From positions 224,001 through 288,000 of the forward strand of contig JBOEGF010000032.1 in the NCBI GenBank assembly GCA_050633305.1: DNA of 64,000 nucleotides. The letters run 5' to 3'. Origin of the DNA: Nannocystales bacterium (lineage in GTDB: Bacteria > Myxococcota_A > Polyangia > Nannocystales > Nannocystaceae). Of this stretch, positions 22,628 through 32,695 are shown in pieces; within the stretch, counting starts at the first letter, position 1, and every line of letters begins with the position of its first letter. The notes below the pieces were generated by a model. It was not told the origin of the DNA and searched no databases. It saw nothing but the letters and a program-made list of their open reading frames with translations. Made by a program: the position numbers and the translations under genes.

Positions 22628-23577
22628 CCAAGAACTCGAAGACCCACAAGCCAGCCTCCCGCCGTAGCGTCGATGACCTCGAGCATCCCGCCGGGCCCAC
22701 CAAGGATGCCTATGAGGAGGAACTGGCCGAGCTTCAGCTGCAGATGCTGAGGATTCAGTGCGCATACCGAGCCCAGGGTCGTCGCGCGATCCTTGCCTTC
22801 GAAGGCACGGACGCGGCAGGCAAGGGGGGCGCGATTCGTCGGATGACCGCACGTCTCGACCCCCGTGGCGTCAAGGTCCACGCAATCGGGGCACCGACGA
22901 AAGAGGAACAGGGACGTCACTACCTGTACCGTTTCTGGCGAGAACTACCCGTCCCCGGTCAGCTCGCGGTGTTCGACCGCTCCTGGTACGGGCGGGTGTT
23001 GGTCGAACGGGTCGAGGGCTTCTGCAAGGAAGAGGCGTGGAGCCGCGCCTACGATGAGATCAACGCCTTTGAGAAGATGCTCGTCGACGACGGGGCGGTC
23101 CTGATCAAAGTGCTGTTGTGCATCGACCGTGGAGAGCAACACGAGCGCTTCGCCGACCGACTCCACGACCCGGTCAAGCGCTGGAAGTTCACCCGCGATG
23201 ACCTGCGCAACCGCAACCGGTGGGACGACTACGTTTCCGCTTTCGACGAGATGCTGGTGCGTACCGACACGACCGACGCCCCCTGGGTCGTCATCGGCGC
23301 CAACACCAAGCGCCACGCTCGGCTCGCGACCCTGCGTGCCGTCACGCAGCGACTCTCCGCCGACGTGGACCTGACCGCACCGCTCGCACCGCACGCGTTG
23401 ATTCGCGAGGCCACGGCGAGCCTTGGGCTGCCACTCCCCCCCGACGTCGCGCCCGCGGACCCGAGCAAAGACGTCCGAGGCGAGGACGCCGAGGGGCCCA
23501 AGAAGAAGGCCCGAAAGAAGGACAAGAAGAAGCGGAAGAACGCCGGCAAGCCGGGGAAAGAGAAGAAGAAAAAGTAG
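22624..23577 (+). CDS. ppk2: Polyphosphate kinase 2 family protein (class II-like, polyP:AMP phosphotransferase) with Lys-rich tail
   Basis: Walker A EGTDAAGKGG, LDPRG, FDRSWYGRVLVERVEG, KRWK; ATG overlaps the ppk1 stop codon (ATGA). Confidence 0.93.
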
Positions 23578-23605
23578 CGTTCCGGTGCCGGGCCGAGCAC
23601 GGCCC

Positions 23606-24859
23606 TCACAGCGCTTGCTGCACGTCTTCTTTGCCGGAGTCTCGCTCGCGCGAGATGAAGGCTCCGATGCCGCTGTCGGCGCTGCGGGCCCGTGCGAAGT
23701 AGGCCTCAGCCCCCTCGGTCTCTCCACCGTCGAGCGCACACAGCCCGAGCCCCGCCAGGGCACGGGCGCGGATCTTGGCGTCGTCGTGATCGAGTAGACC
23801 CCGGTACACGGTCCGTGCCGGTCCGCACCGGCCCTTGCGACGATTTCCGTCCGCGGCGGCGAGCGACCCCGTAGGGGTCTCATCTGCGCCAGGGACAGCC
23901 GCCCCCCCGCTGGGGGCCTTGGACTTGGGCTTGGACTTCGTGGGCTTGGGCGCGGGGCCGGGCTGGGGTGCGGGCGCGTCCTGCTTCTTGCCCGACGAGC
24001 GCGACGGCGCGGTCTCGCTCGGCTTGGCTTGGCGCTCGTTGGCGGCCGGGCGAGCGCCCCCTTTGGACTTCTCGTAGATCACCTTGTCCGAAGGATCGAG
24101 CGCGCTCTTCGACTCCGACGGCCCCGCTCCAGCCGAGGGGGAACTCGGAATCACCGCAGACTCAGACTCAGACTCAGGTTCGGGTTCGGGTTCGGGCTCA
24201 GCGTTGAGTTCTTCCTCGATCGACCGCTCGCCCGCACCCACGCCCCGGTCGAGGGCCGCGGAGCCACGAAGTCGGCCCCGGGTCAGGCCCCTATCTCCAC
24301 CGAGACGCTCGTCGTCCTCGTCGGCCAACGCAACCGGCTCGGCCGCGGCCCGCAGTTCACTTCCACGCTCGAGGAGCGCTCCGTCGTTGGCGAAGGCCTG
24401 CTTGTCATCGTCCTTGCCCTGCTCGGCCTCTGCCGTTTCCGCCTGGGCAACGGTCGCGGTGCCCGGCTCGGCGTCGCGGAGCGTGCCTTGGACCATCACC
24501 AAGACCAGTGCTGCGCTCGCGCCGACGGCCAACGTCGGAACCCACAGCGAAAGCCGCTTCCACCACGGGGTATCGGAGGTATCGGGGGTCGTGGACCCCG
24601 CCGCTCCGTCGCGGGGCGTCGCCGACAGGGCGGGCAACGCGGCTTCGTCGCGGGCGACGGCCAACACCGAGTCGAGTACACCCGCAGGGACGTCGACCGG
24701 TGGGAGCGCCTCACGGGACAGCTGCAACAGATCGCGATACTCGGAGAGTCGGCTCGAGACGGCGACGTCGTCCTCGAACTCGAGCGGGATCCCCGAGAGT
24801 TCCAGGTCTTCGAGCGCGTCCTCGAGCGCGTCGAGTTGAACCGGGGAGAACTCGCCCAT
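23606..24859 (-). CDS. Putative membrane anti-sigma factor with C-terminal TPR-like domain
   Basis: Coupled to the ECF sigma gene; single TM segment (WVPTLAVGASAALVLVMV); low-complexity linker; TPR-like ALAGLGLCAL...AEAYFARA. Confidence 0.6.
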   Translation of the reverse strand: MGEFSPVQLDALEDALEDLELSGIPLEFEDDVAVSSRLSEYRDLLQLSREALPPVDVPAGVLDSVLAVARDEAALPALSATPRDGAAGSTTPDTSDTPWWKRLSLWVPTLAVGASAALVLVMVQGTLRDAEPGTATVAQAETAEAEQGKDDDKQAFANDGALLERGSELRAAAEPVALADEDDERLGGDRGLTRGRLRGSAALDRGVGAGERSIEEELNAEPEPEPEPESESESAVIPSSPSAGAGPSESKSALDPSDKVIYEKSKGGARPAANERQAKPSETAPSRSSGKKQDAPAPQPGPAPKPTKSKPKSKAPSGGAAVPGADETPTGSLAAADGNRRKGRCGPARTVYRGLLDHDDAKIRARALAGLGLCALDGGETEGAEAYFARARSADSGIGAFISRERDSGKEDVQQAL

Positions 24860-25599
24860 CAGCTCTGGCCTCCGGCGGGTGTCTGGCCTCCGGCGGGTGT
24901 CTGGCCTCCGGCGGGTGTCTTGCCTCCAGCGGGTGTCTTGCCTCCGTCGGGTGTCTTGCCTCCGTCAGAAGCAGGGGCCGCATGGTGGAGGTCGCCCAGT
25001 TCGCTGCGCAGCTTCTCCAGCGCGTAGCGCATGCGGCTCTTGACCGTGTTCTCTGGGATCTCGACGGTCTCGGAGATCTCTCGGAACGAAAGCCCACTGA
25101 CCTGGCGCAGGAGGAAGACTTCGCGCTGCTCCACGGGGAGCTTGGCCACGGCCTCCTTCAACCGCTTGCGGATCGTCGGAGCCTCGGCAGCCTCATCGGT
25201 CGGCACCTCGTTGGAGGGGATGCTGGAGATCATGGCCGACCCCGCATCGCCGTCTGAGCCCTTCCGTGGGGCGTCGAGGGACTGATGTCGACGGAACTTG
25301 GCTCGACGACTCTCGTCCACGCAGAGGTTGCGAGCAATCGAGTACAGCCACGTCGTGAACTTCGCCGAGGGCGTGTAGCGTTCCTTCGCGCGAACCACTC
25401 GCAAGAAGACCTCTTGGAGGAGTTCCTCGGCCCGAGGTTGAAGCCGGACGCTCCGAAGCAGGAAGTTGTAGACGCCGCGCTGGTGCCGAGCGACCAACGT
25501 CTCGAACGCGGAAGCATCTCCGGCACAGAACGCCTGCATGAGCGCTTCGTCACCGGTGGTGTCCACGGCTGGGGCGTGTGCGCTTGAGGAGGCGTCCAT
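24859..25599 (-). CDS. ECF RNA polymerase sigma-70 factor with C-terminal repeat extension
   Basis: GDASAFETLV, AEELLQEVF, FTTWLYSIARN, LPVEQREVF, GLSFREI, NTVKSRMRYALEKLR. Confidence 0.95.
   Translation of the reverse strand: MDASSSAHAPAVDTTGDEALMQAFCAGDASAFETLVARHQRGVYNFLLRSVRLQPRAEELLQEVFLRVVRAKERYTPSAKFTTWLYSIARNLCVDESRRAKFRRHQSLDAPRKGSDGDAGSAMISSIPSNEVPTDEAAEAPTIRKRLKEAVAKLPVEQREVFLLRQVSGLSFREISETVEIPENTVKSRMRYALEKLRSELGDLHHAAPASDGGKTPDGGKTPAGGKTPAGGQTPAGGQTPAGGQS
24864..24966 (-). repeat. 18-bp tandem repeat (about 5.7 copies) encoding (A/D)GG(K/Q)TP
   Basis: tctggcctccggcgggtg three times exactly, then degenerate copies. Confidence 0.9.
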
Positions 25600-25860
25600 C
25601 GAGACAGAACTCCGTACCTGTCACACGGACAGGGACGGTCGGCAAAGTGTGCCGCCCGGGCGGGCCCCGCTGCAAGCGGCACCGACGATTGGGGCGACGG
25701 CATGCTGCCGCGAGGGCTCCCCGACGCGCGCACGCGACGGCTCAGCCCTCGGGTGAGGACGCGGGTTCTCATGGCGCTCGATGTCCGCCAGTACGGACGA
25801 AGCGCACAAAACGGTCTGCGGCCGACGGCCCCGTGCCGCGCGTGTTCCTCTGAAGCGCTC

Positions 25861-26685
25861 TCAGGCCTCTTCGAGGGCCCGGGCGCGGCTGTTGGCGCCC
25901 GAACGGGCCATGACCCAGCGCAAGATAAAGCGCGGGATCACCGAGGTGATCCGCATCAGGATCCGGTTGAGACGCCCCGGATAGACAACCGCGCGACCGC
26001 GCCGAAATCCCCGAAGGGCTTCGTCTGCGCAGGTGTCGGCGTCGATCCTCAACACGCCCGGCGATGCCTTCACCCCGCCCCTTGCCCCGGCGATCTCCCG
26101 GAACTCGGTCGCCACCGGTCCCGGACACACCTCCGTCACGGTCACTCCCGCCGATGCCACCTCCGCCCGCAACGCGTCCGTGAAGCCCGCGACGAAGTGC
26201 TTGGTCCCGGCATAGGTGGCCACGCCCGGTTGGTAGAGGTGGCCGAGAACCGAGCCGACGTTGAGCACGCCTCCGTGCCCGCGCTCGACCATGCCAAGCA
26301 CCAGTCTGGTGGTGAGCTGAACGACCGCGGTCACATTGACCGCGATCATCTGTCGGAGCTTGCTCAGGTCCGCATCTTCGAGACGGGCCCGGTCGCCAAA
26401 CCCCGCGTTGTTGATGAGCACATCGACGCCCCCCTCTTCCACCAACCGATCGCACAGCGCGTCCACGGCTTCCGCGTCCGCCAGGTCGCAGGTCACGACG
26501 TCGACCTCGAGCCCGATCCTCACCCGGAGAAGCTCGTCGGCAAGGGCTTCGAGCCGGTCGGTGCGGCGTGCGACGAGGATGATGCGACGAGCCTCGACAC
26601 AGACTCGGCGTGCAAGTGCACGTCCGATTCCCGCCGAGGCTCCCGTGATGAGCACCGTGCCCGACAAGGGCGGTCGCTCGGTCAC
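25861..26685 (-). CDS. Short-chain dehydrogenase/reductase
   Basis: ITGASAGIG, LINNAG, YAGTK (YxxxK), CPGPVATEF. Confidence 0.93.
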   Translation of the reverse strand: MTERPPLSGTVLITGASAGIGRALARRVCVEARRIILVARRTDRLEALADELLRVRIGLEVDVVTCDLADAEAVDALCDRLVEEGGVDVLINNAGFGDRARLEDADLSKLRQMIAVNVTAVVQLTTRLVLGMVERGHGGVLNVGSVLGHLYQPGVATYAGTKHFVAGFTDALRAEVASAGVTVTEVCPGPVATEFREIAGARGGVKASPGVLRIDADTCADEALRGFRRGRAVVYPGRLNRILMRITSVIPRFILRWVMARSGANSRARALEEA

Positions 26686-27347
26686 GATTGAATCAGGACG
26701 CCGGAGGCCGTGAGAACGTGCTCGGTGCGCTCGCCCGAGACCTTGTCCGGGTCACCGCCGCCGTCCTTCTCCAGGTGCTTGACCTGATCTTCGTTGAACG
26801 TCCGGGAGGTGAGCGTGCCCTCGACCTGGACCTTCTTGCCGCGGCTGTCCATCGGGACGTTGAAGCCGTGATCCTTCATCAGGATCCGAGCGGAGACGTC
26901 GCCGTCCTTGACGACCATCCAGCAGCCCTTTTTCTGACAGACCGCTTCGACCTCACCGGAGACGAGGATGCCGTCCTTGGACTTGGCCGCGACCGCCTTC
27001 GCCAGAGGAACAGGGTCGGTGGTGTTGGTGAACGGCTCGCCAAAGTGGCCGCCGGACTTGGCGGCCAGCGTGCCTTCACCGTCGGCTTGCTCGCCGTGCG
27101 GGCACCCTTCCTCGGCCTCGGCATCCGCGGCGTCCTTTTCGCCCTCGGCGTAGATGCAGCCGTTGGCCTCCCCGTCCTCGGCCTTCTCGGGCTCAGCGGC
27201 GGCGACCTTGCCGGCCGCCTTGTCGCCGGCCTTCTCGGACGCCTCGGTCTTCGCCTTGGCCGCATCCGCCGTCTTGTCGGCCGCGGGCTTGTTGCTATCG
27301 CAAGCCGTGACCGCGAGGATGCAGGAGATCAGCGCAAGCTTCTTCAT
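26682..27347 (-). CDS. DUF4920-like lipoprotein
   Basis: Lipobox VTAC; the VSGEVEAVCQKKGCWM...KDHGFNVP pattern is typical of DUF4920. Confidence 0.75.
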   Translation of the reverse strand: MKKLALISCILAVTACDSNKPAADKTADAAKAKTEASEKAGDKAAGKVAAAEPEKAEDGEANGCIYAEGEKDAADAEAEEGCPHGEQADGEGTLAAKSGGHFGEPFTNTTDPVPLAKAVAAKSKDGILVSGEVEAVCQKKGCWMVVKDGDVSARILMKDHGFNVPMDSRGKKVQVEGTLTSRTFNEDQVKHLEKDGGGDPDKVSGERTEHVLTASGVLIQS

Positions 27348-27383
27348 CGCTCGGAATGTTCCCCGAAATGCGCACGAGCGCAA

Positions 27384-27408
27384 CGCGACCGGGCTCACAC
27401 CGGTCGCG
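27384..27408. terminator. Intergenic 9-bp inverted repeat (possible terminator or operator)
   Basis: CGCGACCGG-N7-CCGGTCGCG between the Cys-rich gene stop and the DUF4920 start. Confidence 0.3.
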
Positions 27409-27432
27409 CGATATACTGCATGACGACCGGTT

Positions 27433-28728
27433 TCAACCGGCCGAGGCAGAACCGCCCGCAGAACCGCCCGCGGAGGCGCTCGCAGAGGCTTTCACCTCCA
27501 CAGAGACATTGACATTCGCTTTCACGCTGGTCGCTGCATCGAATGCAGCCTTGAACGGCGCTGCCACGCACGCGGTCACCCGCGCACCGATGGCCGGAGA
27601 CGCCTTGAGTTGGCCGACTGTCGCCTGCACGCCGTCGACGACAGCCTTGGCGTTCGCCGCCACCGACAACGCTTGGTCCTTCATGCCGATGGCGATGTTG
27701 AGGACAGCGGGCAGGTTGGCCTCGAGCGCGGCTTTGTACTGGGCGGCCAGCTTGGCATCGGCGGCGCCATCGATCCGCACGGCGATGCGCGGTGGCGTGC
27801 ACTCGACCTCGGCTTGAACCGACGCGTCACAGTGCGCATTGCACTCTGCGCTGGCCTTGGGTGGCGTCATTTCGCCCTCGCACTTGGGCGCTTTCATCTC
27901 CACCGAACAGTCACCACGGCAGGTGCCTTCGCATGAAGCAGCCGCCGCCATCTCGCAGCTTCCGCCGCACTCTCCGCCGCACGACCCTTCGGCCCCGGCG
28001 CTGCAAGAACCCTTGCATTTGCCCTCGCAAGCGGCGCCGTCGACCTTTTTGCCGTCGCACTTCCCGGTGCATTCCCCCGCGCAGGACCCCTTGAACTTGG
28101 CCGAACAGCTGCCGCTGCAGGTTCCCTCGCAGCTCGCAGCCGCGGACATGTCACAGGTTCCCGAGCATTCCGCTTCGCACGATCCCGAGAGTTTTCCGGC
28201 CTCGCACTCCACCTTCACGCTGCCCGGCTCGATCGACGCGTCGCACTCCGCGGCGCAGTCCGCCATCGCGTCCATGGAAGCGGCGCAATGGGGTGGCTGC
28301 ACGTCGAGGACGACCTTGAACCCGCCGCCGAGCTTGCCCTTAATGTCGACCATCGCCTTCATCGCCGCGTCGCAGGCCGCCTTGCCTGTCGCAAAATCGC
28401 CGCTGGCACCAAGATCGTTCGCCAACCCACCACAGGCGGCCTTGAGGTCAGCGTCGAGTTTCTTCGCGAACCCGTCGAGACTGACCGCCGCCATGACGCC
28501 GGACTTCAGCTTCGCGCCGACGGCCGCATCGATGCCGAACTCGGCAGCCCAGTCGACCTTGGCGATGGCGGCCGCCGAGGTCACGTTGGGGCAAGACCCC
28601 GCAGCCTTCGCCGCTCCCGCGACGTCCTTGGGGATGGCGGAGCCCCCGGCACTGAGGTCGCAGGAAGCGACGAGTGCAGCTGGAGCAAGGGTGGCGAGGA
28701 AAAGCGTAGCGGTCTGGAGTCGCACCAT
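27433..28728 (-). CDS. Cys-rich secreted lipoprotein (myxobacterial type, C-x3-C repeats)
   Basis: Lipobox VASC; long run of CEGTCSGSC/CGGECGGSC units; Ala/Ser-rich C-terminus. Confidence 0.8.
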   Translation of the reverse strand: MVRLQTATLFLATLAPAALVASCDLSAGGSAIPKDVAGAAKAAGSCPNVTSAAAIAKVDWAAEFGIDAAVGAKLKSGVMAAVSLDGFAKKLDADLKAACGGLANDLGASGDFATGKAACDAAMKAMVDIKGKLGGGFKVVLDVQPPHCAASMDAMADCAAECDASIEPGSVKVECEAGKLSGSCEAECSGTCDMSAAASCEGTCSGSCSAKFKGSCAGECTGKCDGKKVDGAACEGKCKGSCSAGAEGSCGGECGGSCEMAAAASCEGTCRGDCSVEMKAPKCEGEMTPPKASAECNAHCDASVQAEVECTPPRIAVRIDGAADAKLAAQYKAALEANLPAVLNIAIGMKDQALSVAANAKAVVDGVQATVGQLKASPAIGARVTACVAAPFKAAFDAATSVKANVNVSVEVKASASASAGGSAGGSASAG

Positions 28729-29013
28729 GGTCGTTTCCGGCGCCGAGCGTAACAGGCGCCTCCGAACGCGAGTAGCGGCCAAGTAGCCGTAGGTGGGCCT
28801 TCCTGCTGCGCGCTCCTACCCTCTTGGCCCCTGTCTGCGTCACCGTTGGTTATGGGGTGCGCTCGCAGGCCCCTCGGTGGAATACTGACCTCCACGCAAG
28901 CCGTCTTGGCCGGGACGACCTCCGGCAAGACCCCTGCCCCGGGTCCGTGCGTTGGAGGCGGCGGGACTTTTTCGCCCACCCCCTCGGTCCCCACGGCGAA
29001 GACCTCGACTCCG

Positions 29014-30780
29014 ATGCCCTCCCCCTCCCCCACTTCCGAGGTTCAGGTCGAACCGCAACTCGGCCGCTGGGCCGCGGCGTCCAACGTACGCCGCGTCGTC
29101 GAGGAGAGCCTCACGTTGACCGCCATCCTCGGCGCCGCGACGCTCGTCGCAATCGGACTACGGAGACTCCCCGACGCCGTGACCCACATCGGTCTCGACT
29201 GGCGGTCCGCCCAAGATGGCCTGGAGACCGCCGGCCTCGCCCTCATCGCCACGGTGGGGTGCGGCATGATCCTCCGCGCCTATCTCCGATACCGACAGCG
29301 ACGAACCGACTCGGGGATGATCGCGAGACGACTCGACCAGCGGCACGAAACCCGCGACCTCTTCACCACGGCGCTCGCCGTCGAGCGAGGCCAAGTCCAC
29401 GGAAACGCAGGCCTCGAAGGCGTGGTCACGGCCCGTGCGCGCACCGTCTTGCCCGAGATGGCCGCGCCGATCGAGCGATTCGAAGCCCCGGCCTCGGCGT
29501 TCGCAGCGATGGGCCTCGCCGCCGCGCTCGTGGCGTTGCTGCCGATGGACGCGGCCGCCGACGCGGCTGGGGTCGACCAAGCGGCCGAGGCCGTCGACGT
29601 GGTTGTGGCCCCTCCCCTCCCTGAGGATGTCCTCGAGTCCCTACGGGCCCGCGCAAAATCCCTCGAGCGGCTCGAGTACACGCCGGGGCTCAAGGACGAC
29701 GCTCGCGAGGCGATGGCACAGGCCCGAAAGCGTTTGGAGGCGCTCAGCGAGGACCCGGACCGCAGTTTGTCCGAACTTGCCCGAGCTCAAAAAGCGCTCG
29801 AAGATCTGGAGCGACAGGCGCGAGAGCAAGGCCTGCACGACAAGGAAAAGCTCAAGAGCATGAACGACGCGGAGCTGGCCGAGCAGCTCGCGAAGTCCAT
29901 GCAGCGTGGCGAGACGGACACCGCCGCCGAGATGGCCGAGGAGTTCTCACGGCGTCTGGATGAAGCCTCGACCGCAGAACAGGAGCGCATCGCCCGGGCG
30001 CTGGAACGAGCACTGAGGCGCAACCCCGAGTCGTCCTCAAGCGGTGAGAAAGGACCGTCACGTGCCGAATCTGAGGCGCGTGCACGCGATCGCAACCGGC
30101 TCGACGAGCTGGCGGAGAACCTGGCCGATGGGGACACTGGGTCCGCACGCGCTGGCCTCGACAACCTCGCCGAAGAGATGCGGGAGAGGGGGGGCAGCGA
30201 GAGCCTCGAAGAGTCGCTGGGGGATGCTGCAGAAGAGGTCCGCGAAGCCCGGGAACGCCAACTCGACGAGATGAACGGCGAGGGCGAAGGCGAAGGCGAA
30301 GGCGAAGGCGAAGGCGAAGGCGAAGGCGAAGGCGAAGGCGCCGGAGCAGGGCAAGCGCCAGGAAGCGCTCCTGGGGCAGCCCCCGGAGAAGGTGAGGGCG
30401 AAGGCGCCGGCAAGGGCAAAGCACCCGGCGGAAAGGACGGCGACAAGGCCCCCGGGATGAGCTCCCCACTGGGCCCCCCCGGCGGAAAACCAGGCCCTGG
30501 GGGCGGCGATGGCAAGGCCGACACCAAAGGCACCGTCCAACCCAGCACCGAAGCCAGCGGCCTCGCCCCGCAGCGTGTGCAAGCGCGTCCGCGCGGCCCA
30601 GCGCAGGGGTCCGTTCGAGCCATCCGGCGCTACTCGGAGGGTTACCGCGACACCCGCGAGTACAAGGACCTGCACGACAAATACTCCTCCGTCGCGGAGT
30701 CCGCGGTCCGACGCGAAGAGATTCCGCTGACTCGCCGCGACTACATTCGAAGCTACTTCCAGGCCGTCCGCGGCCGCTGA
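29014..30780 (+). CDS. Membrane protein with coiled coil and Gly/Glu-rich region, first gene of the MoxR operon
   Basis: N-terminal TM helices, coiled coil, and C-terminal EEIPLTRRDYIRSYF, a pattern typical of proteins preceding MoxR. Start uncertain. Confidence 0.7.
   Translation: MPSPSPTSEVQVEPQLGRWAAASNVRRVVEESLTLTAILGAATLVAIGLRRLPDAVTHIGLDWRSAQDGLETAGLALIATVGCGMILRAYLRYRQRRTDSGMIARRLDQRHETRDLFTTALAVERGQVHGNAGLEGVVTARARTVLPEMAAPIERFEAPASAFAAMGLAAALVALLPMDAAADAAGVDQAAEAVDVVVAPPLPEDVLESLRARAKSLERLEYTPGLKDDAREAMAQARKRLEALSEDPDRSLSELARAQKALEDLERQAREQGLHDKEKLKSMNDAELAEQLAKSMQRGETDTAAEMAEEFSRRLDEASTAEQERIARALERALRRNPESSSSGEKGPSRAESEARARDRNRLDELAENLADGDTGSARAGLDNLAEEMRERGGSESLEESLGDAAEEVREARERQLDEMNGEGEGEGEGEGEGEGEGEGEGAGAGQAPGSAPGAAPGEGEGEGAGKGKAPGGKDGDKAPGMSSPLGPPGGKPGPGGGDGKADTKGTVQPSTEASGLAPQRVQARPRGPAQGSVRAIRRYSEGYRDTREYKDLHDKYSSVAESAVRREEIPLTRRDYIRSYFQAVRGR
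30277..30336 (+). repeat. Hexamer microsatellite (GGCGAA)9 plus one GGCGAG, encoding (GE)10
   Basis: Direct reading of the sequence. Confidence 0.95.
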
Positions 30781-30788
30781 TTCCCCCC

Positions 30789-31802
30789 ATGAGCCAGACC
30801 GTCACTCCGATCACCGAACAACAACTCGTCGCCGCCGCGGAGAGCCTGGGCGCACTCAAGACCGAGATCGAGCGGCGGGTGTTTGGCCAGAGCGACCTGG
30901 TCCTCCAGGCGATTGTAGGGCTGCTGGCGCGCGGCAACATCCTCATCGAAGGACAGCCTGGCCTGGGGAAGACGCTTCTCGTCAAGGTGCTCTCCGAAGC
31001 ATTGGCGATGCAGTTCTCCCGGATTCAGTTCACGCCAGACCTGATGCCCGCCGACATCACAGGCAGTCAGACCCTCGCGCATGACGAGCATGGACGGGCA
31101 AATCTCGAGTTCCGCGCCGGACCGATCTTCGCAAACATGGTCCTGGCCGACGAGGTCAACCGGGCAACCCCCAAGACCCAATCGGCCCTGCTCGAGGCCA
31201 TGCAGGAGCACTCCGTCACCGTCGCAGGGCAGAAACGCGACCTTCCTGCCCCGTTTATCGTCGCCGCAACCCAGAACCCCATCGAGATGGAGGGCACCTA
31301 CCCGCTCCCCGAAGCGCAGCTCGACCGGTTCCTCCTCAAGCTCGAGGTTCAGTTCCCAAAGTTCGAAGACCTCCGCGAGATCGGGCTGCGCACCACAGGG
31401 TCGGCCGAGGCCACGACCAACGTCGTGATGACCCGGCAGCAGCTGCTGGACCTCCAGGCGCTCACCCGCGAGATCGTCGTCGCCCCACACGTCGCCGAGT
31501 ACTGCGCTCAGGTCACGATGGCGACGCACCCAAGTTCGCCGCAGGCACCCGAGCAGGTGCGCCGTTTCGTCCGCTACGGCGCGAGTCCTCGCGCCATGCA
31601 AGCCCTCATTCTCGCGGGGCGGGCCTATGCACTCCTGTCCGGGCGAGGCTGGGTGAGCGAAGACGATGTCCGCGCGGTCGCCCACCCCGTGCTCCGCCAC
31701 CGTATGATTCCAACCTTCGACGCCAAACTCGAAAGCGTCACCAACAACGATCTGGTCGACGTGCTGCTCGGCTCGATCGCCCCCGTACGCGCCGCCGGAT
31801 GA
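30789..31802 (+). CDS. moxR: MoxR family AAA+ ATPase
   Basis: GQPGLGKT, RIQFTPDLMPADITG, LADEVNRATPKTQSALLEAMQE, TQNPIEMEGTYPLPEAQLDRF, GASPRA. Confidence 0.95.
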   Translation: MSQTVTPITEQQLVAAAESLGALKTEIERRVFGQSDLVLQAIVGLLARGNILIEGQPGLGKTLLVKVLSEALAMQFSRIQFTPDLMPADITGSQTLAHDEHGRANLEFRAGPIFANMVLADEVNRATPKTQSALLEAMQEHSVTVAGQKRDLPAPFIVAATQNPIEMEGTYPLPEAQLDRFLLKLEVQFPKFEDLREIGLRTTGSAEATTNVVMTRQQLLDLQALTREIVVAPHVAEYCAQVTMATHPSSPQAPEQVRRFVRYGASPRAMQALILAGRAYALLSGRGWVSEDDVRAVAHPVLRHRMIPTFDAKLESVTNNDLVDVLLGSIAPVRAAG

Positions 31803-32695
31803 GAGTTGACCGCACCGCATTGGCGCGCTTCGCCGAGCTTCGCCTGCACGCCCCAAGCGTGGCGACCTCGCTGCAACAGGGCGACCGGCGTTCGCCCTTC
31901 TTGGGTCGTGGGCTGGAGTTCGCGGACTACCGTGAGTACGATCCCGGCGACGATATCCGCCTGATCGACTGGAACGTCTACCTGCGCCTGGGACAGGTGC
32001 TGGTCCGCCAGTTCAACGAAGAGCGCAGCCTCTCGATCAAGATCTGTCTCGACGTCAGCGGGTCGATGGACTTCGGCGAGCCGCGCAAGGCCGACCGTGC
32101 TGCCGAAGTCGCCGCAGCCCTCGCGACGATCGCTCTCGTGCACCGTGACCCCGTGGGCCTGATCTGTTTCGGCGGCGACCGCCCGCCGGTCCGGGCCAAG
32201 GCCGTGAACTTCGACGGAATGGCGGAGCTGGTCCACGTGCTCGAGCGCGTCGAGCCCTCCGGCACTGGCGATGCGTACAAGCAACTTGCGGGGCAACTCG
32301 GCGGCGGGCGCACCGACCGGCTGTTCCTCGTCTCCGATCTCTTGTGCGAGTCCGACGCCCGCGAGCAACAGCTCCGCCTGCTCGCGGCGTCCAGCCTCCA
32401 CCCGGTCCTCGTCCACACCCTCAGTGCCCAAGAGCTCGAGCCCGACCTCCGTGACGTCTCCGAGGTCGTCGACGCGGAGACCGGGGAGACCTTGGTGCTC
32501 CGGGACGGAAGCGACGCACAAGATGCCTACGCCGAAGGACTGCAGGCATGGCTCGAAGAGATCGAAGCCCGCTGCAAGGCGCTGGGAATCCGATACCTCC
32601 GCTTGCCCCCGGAGGGGTCGAGCCTGATCGGCTTCGTCGAGGGCGAGCTCCGTCGCGCTCATGTCGTCGAACACGTGGCCGGGGGCAACCAGTGA
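31799..32695 (+). CDS. DUF58 domain protein
   Basis: GLEFADYREYDPGDDIRLIDWN, LDVSGSM; coupled to moxR. Confidence 0.92.
   Translation: MRVDRTALARFAELRLHAPSVATSLQQGDRRSPFLGRGLEFADYREYDPGDDIRLIDWNVYLRLGQVLVRQFNEERSLSIKICLDVSGSMDFGEPRKADRAAEVAAALATIALVHRDPVGLICFGGDRPPVRAKAVNFDGMAELVHVLERVEPSGTGDAYKQLAGQLGGGRTDRLFLVSDLLCESDAREQQLRLLAASSLHPVLVHTLSAQELEPDLRDVSEVVDAETGETLVLRDGSDAQDAYAEGLQAWLEEIEARCKALGIRYLRLPPEGSSLIGFVEGELRRAHVVEHVAGGNQ

Noticed and set aside
24864..24966. Possible CRISPR-like array (also 18432-18570 and 30277-30336)
   Set aside because: The units are contiguous with no unique spacers, are multiples of 3 within coding sequences, and no cas genes are present.
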